From assembly GCF_015706575.1 (NCBI RefSeq), contig NW_024037060.1, positions 2,664,515 through 2,728,514 of the forward strand: a stretch of 64,000 nt of DNA, read 5' to 3'. A program made the translations under genes and the position numbers. Below, piece by piece: positions 11,201 to 26,029 of the stretch. This DNA comes from Patiria miniata (Eukaryota). The notes under the pieces are model-generated. The model did not search any database. It was not told the origin of the DNA and saw only the letters and a list, made by a program, of their open reading frames with translations. Position 1 is the stretch's first letter; every line of letters begins with the position of its first letter.

Positions 11201-14200
11201 TTTGTTTTGCATCATGTGGCATGCCCTGCAAGGAACCTTATTGTTAAGAATTGGCATAATTTGCAATTTCACAGAAACATACATCCTACTACCGATTTAT
11301 CAGGAAAATCCTTGCTCAAAGCGAAGATGCATGGTACTAAATACCCTGTGAAATTATACCGCCTGAAATGTTATCATTCGGAAGGAAACATATGTACATG
11401 TACATTATATGTATTTAAGAAAATGTACCAGTCTGTGCAGTTTTTAAGTGTGAAACCAAACAATTTTGCATACTTGTCCGTATTCTCTGTTTTCTCAACA
11501 TAAAATAGTATCCTATTTTTTTGTAATCGCCGGAAATATGTAAAAAAAAAAAAATAGTAGTTTAACAAGTAATACATTGTCATGCAGCCTTCTTAAGATT
11601 TTGAGGAATTTTGATGCTTCAAACGAAAAAAAAATGCAGAAAATAGCAAATTTATGTTCTTAATCAAATATTCATGACTTCACTCAAGACTATTGATACA
11701 CCTTGATACATGTACTATGTACATAGTCTTAACGTAAAGAAATATGTACACATAAGAAAGTCTAAAATTTAACAAGTGATTGATTTGATTTCAGTCGACA
11801 TTTACATGTAGAATGCCCTTATGTCAACACTTTCATCATGTACATGCACATAAAAATGCACAACAGCTCACCCATTAGCAAGCATGACAACAGATAAAGC
11901 CCGCCCCTTACCATCTAGCATTCATTTCTTCCCATGCCTTTTTCTCTGGCCTGGGGTAAGCTTTAATTATAATAATAATGGGTACAATGTACACCTGTAT
12001 TAGCATCCCAAAGCATGATGATAGCTAGCAGTGGATACAAGGCAGGTGCAAGGCAAGGGTTTTGCCATTTCTTATTTTTTTTTATCCTTGAAGTGTCTAA
12101 AACTTAAAAGAGCCTTTGACAGAACAACATTAAAATGAACACAATAGGGTCAACAGGTTTTTTTTAACCTGCATTCTACCGGTACTATCTTGCAGTGGCC
12201 AAACTTTTACCAAAAACCTGCATGGAAAAAGATGACAAAATAACTTGTACCATGGAGGAATATGTTTTTATTCCTCCATGCTTGTACCAAAAAAATGAAC
12301 TAATTTTTAGCTATCACATGCAGGGTTTGAAACTGCTTCACTAACTTCGGCTGTGTCCGAATTACTTGGATACGGCTTGAAATTACACACTAGTCTATGA
12401 GAAGTGGCCGCAGCCGCTACCATATAGACAAAAACATTTTTGACAGTTTGAGCACTTGGTACATGTATGTCATTTTTGCTCAGACAATATGACAGTCAGA
12501 AAATGTCAAGTGTCCATTACCCTTTATACTCTTTGACAGTAAATAAATCCTGTCGTTTCCTATTAAAACCAAAGGTTTTCAAAACAGTGTTTTGTGATTA
12601 ATATGCGATTAGTGAATGTGTGATTATTAATGAATGACAGACTACACGACACTCAGTCAATAATACATTCACTTGTGAACACATACACTGTACCAAATTG
12701 CTCATTATACTGTCTATTGCATTTCACAAACCCCCCCAATCATACACTCTTGTTCCAAAGTCCATGAATATTCCATAAAGCCAAATCTTTTTATTTTCTT
12801 TCCAATCTATTGAGGGAATAGAATACGGTAATTTATGTATGTATGTACGTGTCATTCATCACCTTTAAATTTTTTAAAAGGGTTCACAAACACGGCACAT
12901 CTGTCGTGTAGAAATTGCCATTAACAGTTAAAACAGTCTAGGGAGTCCATGTGATAATACGTGCTAGTGTATAAATATATATTTTTTTCCTACAATGTAC
13001 AAATGAAATTCCCACATGGATGGCTTTCCGCATGAATTAACTTGAATTTATCACCCATCATTAATGAAAAAAAGTAAATATCATCTACAACAAAGGTTTC
13101 CCCGGCGCTACACTTTCCCTCTCTACGGTATTAACTTACATACTCATAACGATTGACATTCACACATTGATGGCTTTCAACATAAATGTCTTTGGATTTG
13201 TCACTCGGAATCAAGGGACAAAAAATCTCCTGCAAAGACCAATGTTTCCATAGAATCAACCCCTCTCTGCATTCTGTGCAAGTTTGCAAGTTAATCTTAG
13301 GGCTTCACGGTAAGAGCCTCGTAAATCATGACTGATCCCTCTGTCACCATTTCCAAATGTCGGTTAATGGTCAATCCCCCTTCTTGCCAGCCGAGAGCAT
13401 TTCCAGAATTTTTGCCGTAAGGCATCCCGAGCATTGTCAAAATTAGTCAGGAAAGTTGACATTTTAAAAGGACTTCAGGTTCATGTATGACCACATCATG
13501 AAAAAAAGATGTGTTTAGATGGAGGTACTGGTACAGTCCTCTCGCGGCACATGAATTACATTGCGGTATGTTGCTCTTTTAACTGTAAGGACTCTGCCTT
13601 ACCAGAAACCGAAGTGCATCTCTAGAATTTGGCATTGATCAACAACATGAGTCTTGGAAATTTGTAAGCCTTAGTCATGAAATTTATCGTTTCAAAATGT
13701 TCAAACATGCGGTGACAGCATCATGAAAGCTGTGTTTTGATGATACAGATACTTCAGCAGGCTTGGATAGTCACGGGCAGGGTTCTCCCCACGTACAAAC
13801 GTGCGTATCGGCCCGATACGCTGGAATTGTGGCCCGATACGCCGACAAAAATGCCGATCACATTTTTCAGCCCCCGATACGCACAATATAATTTATTACA
13901 CAAGCCATTAAAATGCACAACATTATCGTTTCATACGCCATTATTTCATCTTGACATTCAAAATCTTGACAAAAATCCCGTATTTCTGATGCTGCATGTG
14001 TGATCAAAATGCACACGATGACGGGTCTTTCGCGACGACCGCCAGCACCCAGATATATTAGCGCATTCAGCATGGTACACTGGTTCCCTTCGCGTGCTAA
14101 CAGTATCACTGCTATGATGAAGGACCGGAACCAGTGACTACTGCCTTGTACGTGCATACATGATGATTTCGGCCGAAGGTGGATCGTAAAAACACCAAAC

Positions 14201-17092
14201 AAACATCGATGAAGAAAGAGAATTTCTGCAAATTAATTCACAGAACGTGATCTCTATTTTCTGTGTATGTATTTTCCATTAAAATGACGAGATTGCAAAG
14301 CTCGAACGTATGGCGAAACATCGTATGCGTAGCATGCTTCTTAGAAGCAGTGGTGCAAAATTTTCAGCCACATGGGATGGGCCGTACACAGTTCAGTAAT
14401 GCACACTGATGCTGCGCCGTGTCGGTGAGCACAGCGCGATGTACAGCCGGCCAGACTGAATGTTGACGGCGCCAGGGGCCATGATGTACGTTAAACATAT
14501 TGTGGAATCAACTACCTCAAATATATTTTTAATTAGGTGAGGCAAGTTTTAATCACTTTTGATGGTCAGTCTTGATAATTTTCGTGGTGCAAAGGAAAAT
14601 AATCCAGGCACAAAACTACATGATTCCTTGTTCAATATGCTCCATTCAATCAAGTGTTTTATTCCTCCATGATTCAATCAGCAGCCCAAAAAATTGGCGA
14701 AATAATTTTTCCGACTTACCGACGCTATTTTGAAAGGCATCTAATCGGAAGCAAAAGTGATATTTTTCTTCACCTTAATTTCTTAATTTGAAACTTGCTT
14801 GTTAATATAATTCATACTTTCTAGATCAGGAAGTTTTAACACAGGTTTTGAAATGTTGATTTTTTTTTTTAAGTTAAAAATTTTGATATATTTTTTTCTT
14901 TAATTACAAAAAATATCACATGATCTCCTCTAAATTTTAAGGGAAAATCTTCCTCAAAGACTCCCCAGATTTGCTCTAAAATGCACCAGAGAGCCTCTAA
15001 AGTTCAGAAGTTTTCGGGGCCCTTAAGCGGGCCCCGAACCCCACGCCATGGCTTCGCAGGTTGGTGAATCACAACAAAACTTCCCCCACAGGTTTGAAAA
15101 AATCCTGGGGAGAACCCTGGTCACGGTTATTAATTATAAACCCCCAAGGAACTAAAGTCAACAGATCTCCAGAATGTTCCCGGAATGAAGATGAGACTTG
15201 AAGTCTTGAGAATACTAAGAGTTAGTCAGTGTGGACTCTGTGACTGCATCATGACAAGTGCGATAGCTCTCATGTTTTTGTGACTGTCTGGGGACAGTAT
15301 TGAGAGTCCCAACTTTTGAGACTAGTCTAGGGCATGCAAAAGCATCTTGTAAATTTCATCAATTTGCTTCAGGAGTCGACTTGGCGTTGGAATTTGTCTT
15401 GAGTGATAAGGCATGTGCACGCAAGAAATTGAGTTGAAATACTGGAAAGAGATGTGTAGATGTGATTAAGTCACTCAACACAATACAGTCTTCTGTTGAC
15501 ATTCTAGGGGTTGCAAATTCAGATTTAAAAATTAGATATTTGTTTTTCATATGATCCTCTTTAATTTTAAGGTGTGTTTTGTTTTAATTTTATATCTGGT
15601 GTTTCTGCATATTTTATTATTTTAACACAATATATGTAAACTGTATCAAATAACAAGTTATTTATGAAGTGATGATTTTTTTTAATATTAAGTTCGTCCA
15701 TTTTTTTTTTTCATTCTTGCGGCAAATATCAGTTTACTATAGAAGGATACTATTAAGTTCAGAAATTCATTTTCTATATAAATGTTTCAGAATCTGACAG
15801 CATCGGGTCAATATCTTCAATTTTGTGTCAAAGACTTGTCGTGAAGTTGCTTTTAAAATCAAAGATTCACTTGAACAACACGTACGTAATTTTAAGAGAA
15901 AAACTAAATCAAAACATTTTTGGAAGTCTTCAGACTTTCCAATTTACCATTTAAAGTCATGGCAAGTGCTAACATTGTAATAATTATATCCTGTAATACC
16001 CATTAAAACAAAATAACAAATAATCCAAATTGTGTATGATATTTATTACTACTGATAATAACCCACTTGTTACTACCATCAAATAGCACCCTAACATGTT
16101 TTCTTTTCCACTTAGTGACTTCCTGTAGTATTTGACGTCAGATTTCAACTGTTTGTGCAGCTTGAATTACAAACATTTTAATTAACTCTGTCGACATTCA
16201 AATTAGAAAAAATGTTATGCCACTAGTTGACATGGTTAAGAAATCGGGAACATGATCTTTATATGTAGCATAACAATGTTCATTGCAACAAGATGCTTGA
16301 CTATTTAAAACAACATGAAAAACAGTTCCAGTTCACAACAGCACCAATAAAATTAAAATCAAACAGATGAATAAGCAAAAAATCAATTTCCAAATATATA
16401 AATTCATTTCACATGAAGAACTGGGTTGGGAAGTCCTTTCTTATACGCAAAATAATGTTGACGTCAATTTTCTTCATATACATGTAGGCCCCTAGACCTT
16501 CATGTTTCAGGGGTCGATTTAGAAAATAAAAGTAACATGTACAACTGAAATTTTCCTTGAAAATGGGCTGATAAACAGACAATTTTACACGCACAGAGCA
16601 GAGGTTACACACATCTGTGCATGTGAAACCCCTATCACTCCCTATCATCTGAATGAAGGTCAGTCATTGCAAAAATGTTGAAAAGAAACATGAATCTGGC
16701 ATGTCTGGGACTGAGAAACATTTCCCATTTTGGTAATCCTTACTTTTAGGACCCCGTTCCTATATAGGAAGGGAAAGACTCACCAAAACAGTTGACCAAA
16801 TGACACTCAAAATTGACATTCTGATACTTCGTGGCACATCTGAACAATTTGCAATGACACCTTCTTGACTTCTAAAGACTGCTTTAGCCTGCAAAAGTCA
16901 CTTTGGTACTGGACAGACATCTGCAAAAGTCAGTTTTGAACAGAACTCGTAAAAAATAGAGGTGTCCTAAAAGTAAGGATTACCCCAATTTTGATAGGAA
17001 TAGTACTTTTTAATGTTCTTGACTCTACATAGACTTTGTAAACAACCATTATAAGTGGCGTCTGGATACTACATTCTTTCCTCTGAAACTCA

Positions 17093-17226
17093 CAATGAGC
17101 AGATATAATCGTGCTGGTCGTTGAGCGGTGCCACGGGTCTCGGAGGGCCAGCACCACCCTTACTAGCGGTCACCGCCATGAGACCCACGCCGTACACCAG
17201 CAGCATCACACGGTAGGCATTCCCCA
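17093..17226 (-). CDS. Candidate first coding exon with a signal-anchor-like N-terminus (MGNAYRVMLLVYGVGLMAVTASKGGAGPPRPVAPLNDQHDYICSL)
   Basis: The - strand ATG has a good Kozak context (gccATGG). It is followed by a hydrophobic segment and a perfect donor CATT|gtgagt, and it lies inside a CpG-rich block (~17100-17800). The downstream exons were not found. Confidence 0.3.
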
Positions 17227-20200
17227 TGGCGCACGCTGTCGTGTGTATCAACGGGTGCTACACCAGAAGCCTACACCATGTTCAATACGGTACAGGAGTT
17301 GAATTCCAAGGTTATGAAGGTGTACTCCCTCTTTGCTGACAACATTAAATCGAACAGGTTATGCTCTAAAAACACTAAAGACTTAACACTGAGAAACTCT
17401 GAATCAGTGAATGATATTCTCTTCTCGGGCAAGACCAACGTCACCTCTGAAATAAATCACTCGTGCGATTCGCGATGCAGGATCTTCGCGGTCTTGTTTT
17501 CTTTACGCACCAATGATCATCCAAACGCAATGATCTAGAAAATGAATCATCTTCATAGTCTTGACTCAAGACGCTAGTCGTAACATCCGGCGTACGTACG
17601 TGCGTGCATCCGGATAATGATATTGAAGTGAACGTTTTGAGCAAAGACTATCATTACACAAAGCGAGCTCTTCCAGTGAAACCCCTGGCACCCGCACAAA
17701 TTCACGCTGTGTAAATTGTCGGAAAGTGATACCACGGGAATGTGGCCGATTACCAACGATATTTCCAAAATACATACATGTTTAACGCTCTAAAATTATT
17801 AGGGCAAAAAGTTTGGAGGCCCATTACTGCCACCATGCCAGAAAGCACGTACGCAAATGCTTCCCTAAAACTTCCTGAGCGTCACCAATGATGTCAAAAA
17901 CAAAATGTTTCCGACCACTAAACCGAAATTCTATATTTTTCTTCCTCTTGTTTTAAGGTCGCGGTTTTTCGAGTGGATAGGCACAAATAATATTGGGAAT
18001 GGATATTAAAAGGAAACAATACCGCGATAACTAACTCTTACCCGATTTCTTACAAAGGAATAAAACAAAAAACCAAAAAGATATTTGCCAATATGAATGT
18101 TTAATTAATGTATTAAAATTTCGAGGACCAGAGAAATTTATTTCTGAAAAAAAACCGGATCCCCCAATGCCTCTCCGGGCCTAAATCAAGATACTCGTAC
18201 AACAAAATAATTTCAAAAGACGATCAATTTAATTTTTGAGAGGTAGGCCAGTTTTTAGCCTTATTATTCATCGGGCAGGCTTTTGTCTGCTTCTTCGTCC
18301 GCCTGCTTGCTTGACATTGATAGATTAATCTATTGCTCAGCTTGCTCGTTGTTTCTCACATCACAAAGCTTTTCTCTTTACATATCATGAATGCCGTGAG
18401 TTGGGGCGTGATTAGGTGTCCACTAGCGGCTTCATCATGAATTGCAAAAGGGAATATAAGTATATATGTACACATGCATGTAATTTATATTTCTGTCTAA
18501 TTCATACCACTATTTGTGTTGCCCTTTATAAGGCCCACGCCCATGGCATATGATGAATTCGACAAATTTTACGAATAGGCGGTCAATAATCTAGCACTTT
18601 AATAGCAGTTATTTCATCGTCAAAGAATCTAAATATTGCTCATGACATTGCTTGCTCTAGATCCACTCCACCACTACCACACCCTTCATATCAATATCGA
18701 CCTTCAGTCATTTAGGTCATTTATTGCAACTGTCAAATAAAAACGACAGCGTTAACAGCTCAATACTGGGCGTCGGCAGGTGTTATGATGTATTTTACCC
18801 TTTTTGCATGTCTCGCATTACATCATTCAGCTGGATTCCTGGAAAGTGTCTAGCTGACGAATAGTGCCGAGTACTTAATTTCTGAGTCCCTGGATGGCGG
18901 AAAACCTCGTCTGTGATCATCAGCGTCCGTCCGTCGTAGTCGTTTCAGCTTATCCAACAAGAAAAAGCTAGATGCTTTTTAACGGGCGGCAAAACTAAAA
19001 TTATTACATTAAAAAAATGACAGTGGACCCCCAAACACTGGTTATTTTAAAGAAGGCATATAATGTGTTTACACATATAGGGATTTATATATATACAGAT
19101 TACGTTGATTATATGACAATGATATGATAAAGGTTTGTCCTGTACATCCAGTGCGATCGATAATTTGTCACTGAGATCGAGAGGGCGCTGTGTGCCACGC
19201 GCCAGTTGTATTTTGCAGTAAAAGTTTGATACAGAGAGGGCGCCATTGCAGGGCACATATTAGGAGAAGTCGTAGAGTTGCGCATCCTCCCCAAATGGAT
19301 ACAATAGGCTTCCCACTGCTTAGTATTCTTAGTAATGTTCCACATAAAACAATTGATTTTTGACAGACGACAGATAAATTACAGGGGCAAAATATTATTT
19401 TTTTTTTTTACTCGAGAATCACACAATTTACCCATAATTTTTTTCTGCTTTTATCTGGAAATGTGTAGGCATCTTATAAAAGCTGCTTCCATAGGATTTT
19501 CAAAGGAAACAAAAAATCTAGTCCGGTCAAAAAAGAATGATTTACTCCCATTACTCCCATGCAGGACATAAAGTTTTATGTCCTGCATGGCGCATGTTCC
19601 CCTTAAAAAGGGGCGCATGTCCCCCGTAAAAAGTTCGCCCCTAGTCGCTTCCCACTGAAAATTTGGCATTCAGAGAAAAGCACAGCTATATGAGTTACCA
19701 TAATTAGCTGGAAAAACATAATGTCCCTTTTCCCCGTGATTTTGTGCGTATTTGTCACCAAAACTCGTTTTTTTGTAACGTCCCTTGGAAAGCGAAAAGC
19801 GGTAATAATTGTCGATGTACCATAGACATAAAGAACCTATGCGATGTACGCATGATATACGTTTTGAACAGCGCCCCCATGGGAAGATGGCGTCCAGTCC
19901 CCATGCATAATAGTATGCATAATAATGGTCAGTTTTGAAGAGTGCTCGCACTTGGAAGATGAATACCAGCCCCCCCCCCCCTTCCCCCGCTTTTTGATTT
20001 TACGGAGGCTAACTGTCCGGAGAAAAAAAAAACCATGTCTACATTTCGGCGGGGAGGTGCTAGGCCCGTGCCCCCCTACCACTGCTCGTCTTGACCCAGG
20101 TGTCAGTATCTCTGGCCCATCAGAACATTGTTCTGCGGCTGAAAAATCAAGTCGTCAGTTACCCGAGAAAAATTGGGACAAGGTTGCTAAAACTTTTCAA

Positions 20201-21779
20201 AATTTAATCTTCACCCCCAAAAAATCTTCAAAAATTGGTATAATTACAATTTAATCAGTTAAGGTAATATCGTGCTAAATGCCGGTAGAATAACAAGTTC
20301 CAAAACTTCTCAAAATAAGCTTGTTGTACGTTGCAATAAAACTTGAAGTCCATATAGCCCAATGTGGTCCACCATATACCGTTGGCCCAACCATGGCCCA
20401 ACCAATTTGCACACTCGCGGCAGACGAGACTTTTTCTTAACCTTGTAATCTCGACAGGAAACAAATGTGAAGACGTCGTCTGCTTCATGTTGACAAAACA
20501 CTAAGAACACAAGTCCCCCGGATACACTTCCAATCTAATAAGCCACTATCTTCTTGCAAGCAATCCCTATATTGGTCCATCAATCTCGAATTCGCGTTGC
20601 ACACAAGGGGCCGTCCTATCTTTGGACCAGTAGCCTTGGCAGCAAATCGCTCAGAGGAACTCAAGATAAAACTCAAGTTCAAGATTAATTGTCTGTCGGG
20701 AGAGGGGTTTTGAGTTGTGAGCCCCCAGCCATGTGGACTTCACACGACGCTCTTTCTTGAATTTTTAGCAATCAGCGGAAATGTTCTAAAGCCTGATTTG
20801 ATAGAGTGGATCAAATTGTCGGAAATGAAGATTTCTCAGAGCTGATGCGCCGTTACTGACTTATTAGGTTGACTCTGGGCGAGTGAGGGCGCTGTGCTGA
20901 GGGCGTTATGGTGTCTGCAAAAAATATTCGACATCTCATTGGTCAGATCTTGCTCAACCCGTGACCTGGGGTCAACACTCGACGGGTCTGCATGTAATGC
21001 ATCAATCATGGTGGAAGATAATACCCGCAATGCTTTGCGTTTCCTTTAATGTGTGAAAGAGAGTTGTCGTTAGCGGCGTCCTTGGGTTTAGGTATATTAG
21101 AGTGAAGGTGGGGGAGGGATTTGTGTTTCATTTATCAACCATTTTGTTTTAATCAAAAAAAAAATTCTCCAAAAATAAACATTTAAGTATCAGGAATCCC
21201 CAGACTCGAAATCGAAAACTGCTCCTCAACAAAATTGTCAATATTTTCACCTAGACCAACATTTATGCTGACCAAAATGATGCAGAGCTGGGTTGTACTA
21301 AACTTGGGAATTTCGTCCTAAGACTTTTAATAAGGAAAATCTAGACTTTTGCAGATAGTTATGTCGTAGCTTATATTATAAAGGTCATATCAACTTCCCT
21401 ACAAATGCAACCTTTTACTAACACTGACTGATGTTTGGTATGAAGTGTACAGGCAATTTGTATACTTGCCTAGAAGATGTTTACCTTTAATGCGCTCAAT
21501 CGGTTATGATTCACACCAATGTCAACTAACCATCGATTTCCATATAGAGATCGGAGCTACACGTGCATTTTTTTTTAACACCACGCGGTTGACATTCAGT
21601 GTCTTTCCCACCTTGACGCGAAGCATGACATATGATTCACAGTCTATGTTCCCTTTGGGACGACCCAGAAAAAGCAAGACTCTATATTTAAAACTTCACA
21701 GACGCATTTAAAAACCGTTTGAAGGGAAAATAGCACCTCTTCCCTTGGCTCAATGACTCAAAGCATCGATTAGCCGATG

Positions 21780-22259
21780 ACATGAAATAGCCGTTGACAT
21801 TGACCGAGCAGTAGTTGGTCGTCCTGAATGCAAAAGTTAGATCTTTTCAGTGCGATATTGTTTCGCCGGCACGCGCGGTGGACAACTTCAGAATTTACAC
21901 GGAATTTAACCACGACGTGATCCATCATTTAAAACCAATTCATGTTGTTTTCTTTTATCAAACATCCTTGAGTTGGTACCAGTTTAGTACGAGGAAGTGA
22001 CCGCAGCGGATCGCGGAAGGTGGTTGTGGGTTCTGACGTGAACCAGAACATGACGTACTTCAAATATTTTTCAACACACTCGCAACACTGGCGGTCAGTT
22101 CAAGTTATGAAGACGGACGCTTCGACAGAATTTTGAGTTCTAAGGAAGTTTGCTCACTGTCAACGAATACCGATATAGACAGCGACTGGGATTCTCTTGC
22201 GCTTTGCAATTGATGGGAAAATGTGCTAAGTTGAGAAGATTGGTGGATTGTCACAAGAA
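21780..22259 (+). promoter_or_regulatory. Putative CpG-rich promoter and 5'UTR region of the MEGF/Draper-like gene
   Basis: There is a local CpG enrichment (cgccggcacgcgcgg, gcagcggatcgcggaagg) immediately upstream of the signal-peptide ATG, which has a Kozak-like gaaATGG context. No TATA box was recognised. This is inference only. Confidence 0.25.
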
Positions 22260-22378
22260 ATGGCGGGATTCAATTGGATACTTTTACTGTTCGTGTCGTC
22301 TACTTGGACGTGTTGCGTGCGGGGATCGCTGGAACCAAGTAGTCCTACTTCGTCTCAGAGTACAGCCGTTGGTTGCAG
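22260..22378 (+). CDS. Exon 1 (coding part) of MEGF10/Draper-like receptor: signal peptide MAGFNWILLLFVSSTWTCCVRGSLEPSSPTSSQSTAVGC
   Basis: An ATG in Kozak context is followed by a hydrophobic h-region (WILLLFVSS) typical of a signal peptide. A donor gcag|gtagga lies at 22378/22379. The overlapping 82-aa ORF in the track (22150-22398) is in another frame and has no signal-peptide character. Confidence 0.45.
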
Positions 22379-25300
22379 GTAGGAATGTTCTCCACTGACG
22401 TAACATTTTCTTCCCCGGTTGGAAGTTCCTAATAACACCAATTAAACCCAGAAACTGCTTGGTAACGATCGTTAAAGTGAGTATTTCGTTTCGGAACTGC
22501 TGGAAGGAAAAGAAATCTTTAGTTTTCAAAAAAAAAGATCAACCCATTTCGATTTTATATCGTAATTAACAACTTTGATTTGATCGTCAGTTTGGGTACA
22601 ATATCAATATCATCTGTTGACAGGAATTATAAATTAAATACAAATGTGTATTATTTGACACTTGTATACGTTTTTAGCCCAAAAAAGCCCCAAACCCACT
22701 AATGGCATTGACTTAGGTTGATTGGTATCATGCGCAAGAAATAAAAAAATGTATTGAATTTAAAACTTTGAAATATTTGTCTAGTCCTTAAGGAAATATA
22801 TAAATAAAATAAAATAGAATAGAAGTAGAGATATCCTAAATAAATAAGAAATGAAATGAAAATAAACAAAATGAAAATTCTAAAAACAAAACAACAAACA
22901 AACGATTCTACACACATAAACAGCTATAAATAGAATTTTATTGGATCCGTCTAAACAAATCAAAACAAGAGGAAACGTAATTGTTATAGAAACTCCATAA
23001 CAGTGTCTGCAAGCGCAATATATTTATTAGAAACATCGTTAAGGTAATGTCATGTTTTGTGTAGCAAACACCATGACGTTGACGTCTATGCCGGATATTT
23101 TGAGATTGCCAACTTCCAACAATCATGTTTATCAGTCAACTCGAGGTGAACATCCGCTGATTTATGTTGCCGGTTGATGACATTCAGGCGAGGACTTCGA
23201 GACGAAAACATCATTTGCCTTGAACCCCGAATTCAAAATGTAACTTTAAAATTGGATAAAATCGTTTCCATTCCTCTTACAAAAATATTTACTGTGACGA
23301 TGAGAAGCATGTTCTTATACATAAAATAATTGTCTCAGAAGACTTTGTTTAATTTTCTTATGTGTAACAATAACGTAAAAACCAATACAAATATATAGGC
23401 GATGTAGGAACACATTACCATATTTTGGTACAGAAACCGATATGATTCATGATTAGTTAATAAAATAGGAAAATGTAAATTAAAATCTGCAATAAAATCG
23501 ACATGTTGCAGGCCATGATAAGATTTTTCATGAAATTATTTGTTTAATTCACTTTAAAAAAAGAAAGAAAAGCCGAATCGGCAAAGAAATATAAAATACA
23601 TTGGAAAACATGCGCGACACTGTGAAAAAAATTACACTCTGCGTGTTAACAATGAGTCAAAATACAGCATTTTGTATACCTTAAAAAGTAAAAAAAATAC
23701 GGGAAAATGAATGAAAACAATACAGAATTGTTTACATTGCCCCCTATAGGATCCACTGTATGAAAACAAAGGTTCTGTCTTAATTATGCGACCTATTCGC
23801 TCTTCTGCCCGTTGTACTTACACTATCAGTCAGGAGGCAGCGCTCCATCCAGAACCTCTCATTTCCTTAGTCCCCAGACGGGGAGGGGGGGGGGGGCGTG
23901 TGGGGGGGGGGTTACTGATAGGCAATGAGATGGCTAAACACTCGCTAGCTAGACGATGATATCGGTTCAGATGGTAACGCCCACATCACTCAGTTTTCCA
24001 AATTGTCACGGAATGATAATCGAACTGCATGAAACAAAAGAAGATTGGTCTGTCAGTCATTTGATCACTTTGTTTTCCAACCCAGCGGGTGAAACTCCGG
24101 GTTTTCCTCTCAAGGCTTAGAAGGCAATGATATTTCCTTCCTTGTCTTCTGTTCGTGAGTTAGCAAAATTTGTTTGTCATTTAGCCTGTTTTGATGTATA
24201 TAGGCTTCCCAGGAAGTCCACATCGAAGCGGTGTCATAATGAAACTTGAACTCCCATAAAATCTGGTCTCTTTTACCTTATATGGACTCAAACCCACTCA
24301 CGTGACACATTATTTTTTTTAAATGAATGTCTAAGATTTTTTTTGACAGAGCTGGGGGGGGGGGGGGGTTGACCCCCAAACACCCCCCCCCCCCCCCCCC
24401 TTGATTCGCGCCTGCGCCGAGAACTGCTCGTCAGGCAGGGAAGGGCCTGACTTTTGCTATTCAAACACAATAATCAACGAGTGTGCATTTCATATAAGTC
24501 CAATGACACATCACACTGGTCACACCATGAAGAAATTAGCCCAATGGTCAGGGGTAATCATGTAAAGGCACTGTACACTATTCCAGTGTTTTTGGCAGTG
24601 CCATCGTAATATTTCATTCCAAATCCAGATATCGCGATGGATTTCCTTCTTTTCAATTAAGATAACAATTACGAGATAACTTCTGAAGTCGTTGCTTTCA
24701 TCGGAGAACAATATGAGAAAGAGTTTTGTCTTGATAAGTCGGTCATGGTACTTCCCACTTCAGATAACAAAATTTAAGATAAGTTTCAAAATATTTCCGT
24801 TTTCTATTAAATAATTAAGATTGATCGTGAGAATCCGCCCTATTATTTTCTCGACGGATGTGTTTTTCGACAACTCCATTTGAAATAACGTACAGGATCA
24901 CCCGAGAAAGACGTCGTGTATTATTATCTCAAATACAAAAATGCGTAGAGAATAACGTTCCATTATTAACGGTAATAGGCCGACCAGATTTGGTTCATGT
25001 TGCTGTGTATTTTTCTAGCAATACAAAAGTTAGGCCTATTCACCTTTATAAGAGACATCGAACAATTTGCAAATAATTTTACTTTTACAAATTTAAAATT
25101 ATTTGCAAACGAATTAATTCAGTTGTATCTTTTGTGTATACCATAAGAGTCGCAAAAGCAACCCCACTTAAAAGCTTTTTGAGACGGTTGACACCCAAAG
25201 AAGTAAAAAAAAAAGCATTTTTCGTAAAATAAAAAATAAAGTATAAAATTAAAAATGTGTTCGGTTAAAAAAAAGAGAGTTAAATAGCAGATATAGTACA

Positions 25301-26029
25301 TCTGTCAGGTCTCAAGAGAGGGTGGGGATTGGGAGTTGGGATGGTTTATATTTAGCCAAATCCCCTATAGTAACGGGTAAGAACGAACGCCTTATCAGCA
25401 AAATGACATCGTCTGAATCATAAATCTGGTCATTCGCAAGGGAAAACAAATTAATAGCTTTTAAATTGTGAAGGGGGCGAGAGATAAAGCTGTCTATCGG
25501 TAACAACGAATAGACATGATATCCAGACTTCAAGCAATCCAATGATAAGGAAAAAAGTTACTGATTTATGAATTTTGCTATTTTCTGTGAAAATCGGGCA
25601 TGACATGTAAAATTGTGTAACACTGGGTTGCGCGTCTAAAAATCATCCAAATTCACACTTTCTTGATGCATTCTGCATGATCACAATGTTTACACACATT
25701 CTAATAACAGTAGCCACCGAAACAGTCAGGCCTGCATAGGGAAAAATACTTCGCGAAGAAAAAAGAAAAATAATGTTCCCATCTATCAAAACAAAGGGAG
25801 TCACTTAATTGCTTTTATTGAAAACACAGCCAGACTCACGGAAGAGACGCACATTTACAGTCTGTTATTTTGTCAAAACAAAGACATGGGGCCTACAGAA
25901 TATTGTGTTTATTTATCTGTCATTCACAAGTTGAAATGGTAAACCGAAATGTACCTGAAAGGGAAATCCTCGTTTAGTAAATGAGAACGTTGCTAAACAA
26001 CCTGCATCCGCTGTAGACAATTAGATAGT

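Noticed and set aside
22150-22398. 82-aa + strand ORF MLTVNEYRYRQRLGF... as exon 1
   Set aside because: It has no signal-peptide character. The overlapping frame from the ATG at 22260 gives a textbook signal peptide with a Kozak context and a donor at 22378.
24893-24976. Phase-compatible candidate exon (ITRERRRVLLSQIQKCVENNVPLLT) for the missing EMI segment
   Set aside because: The splice signals and phase fit, but it lacks the Cys/Trp pattern expected for an EMI domain. It is left unresolved rather than annotated.
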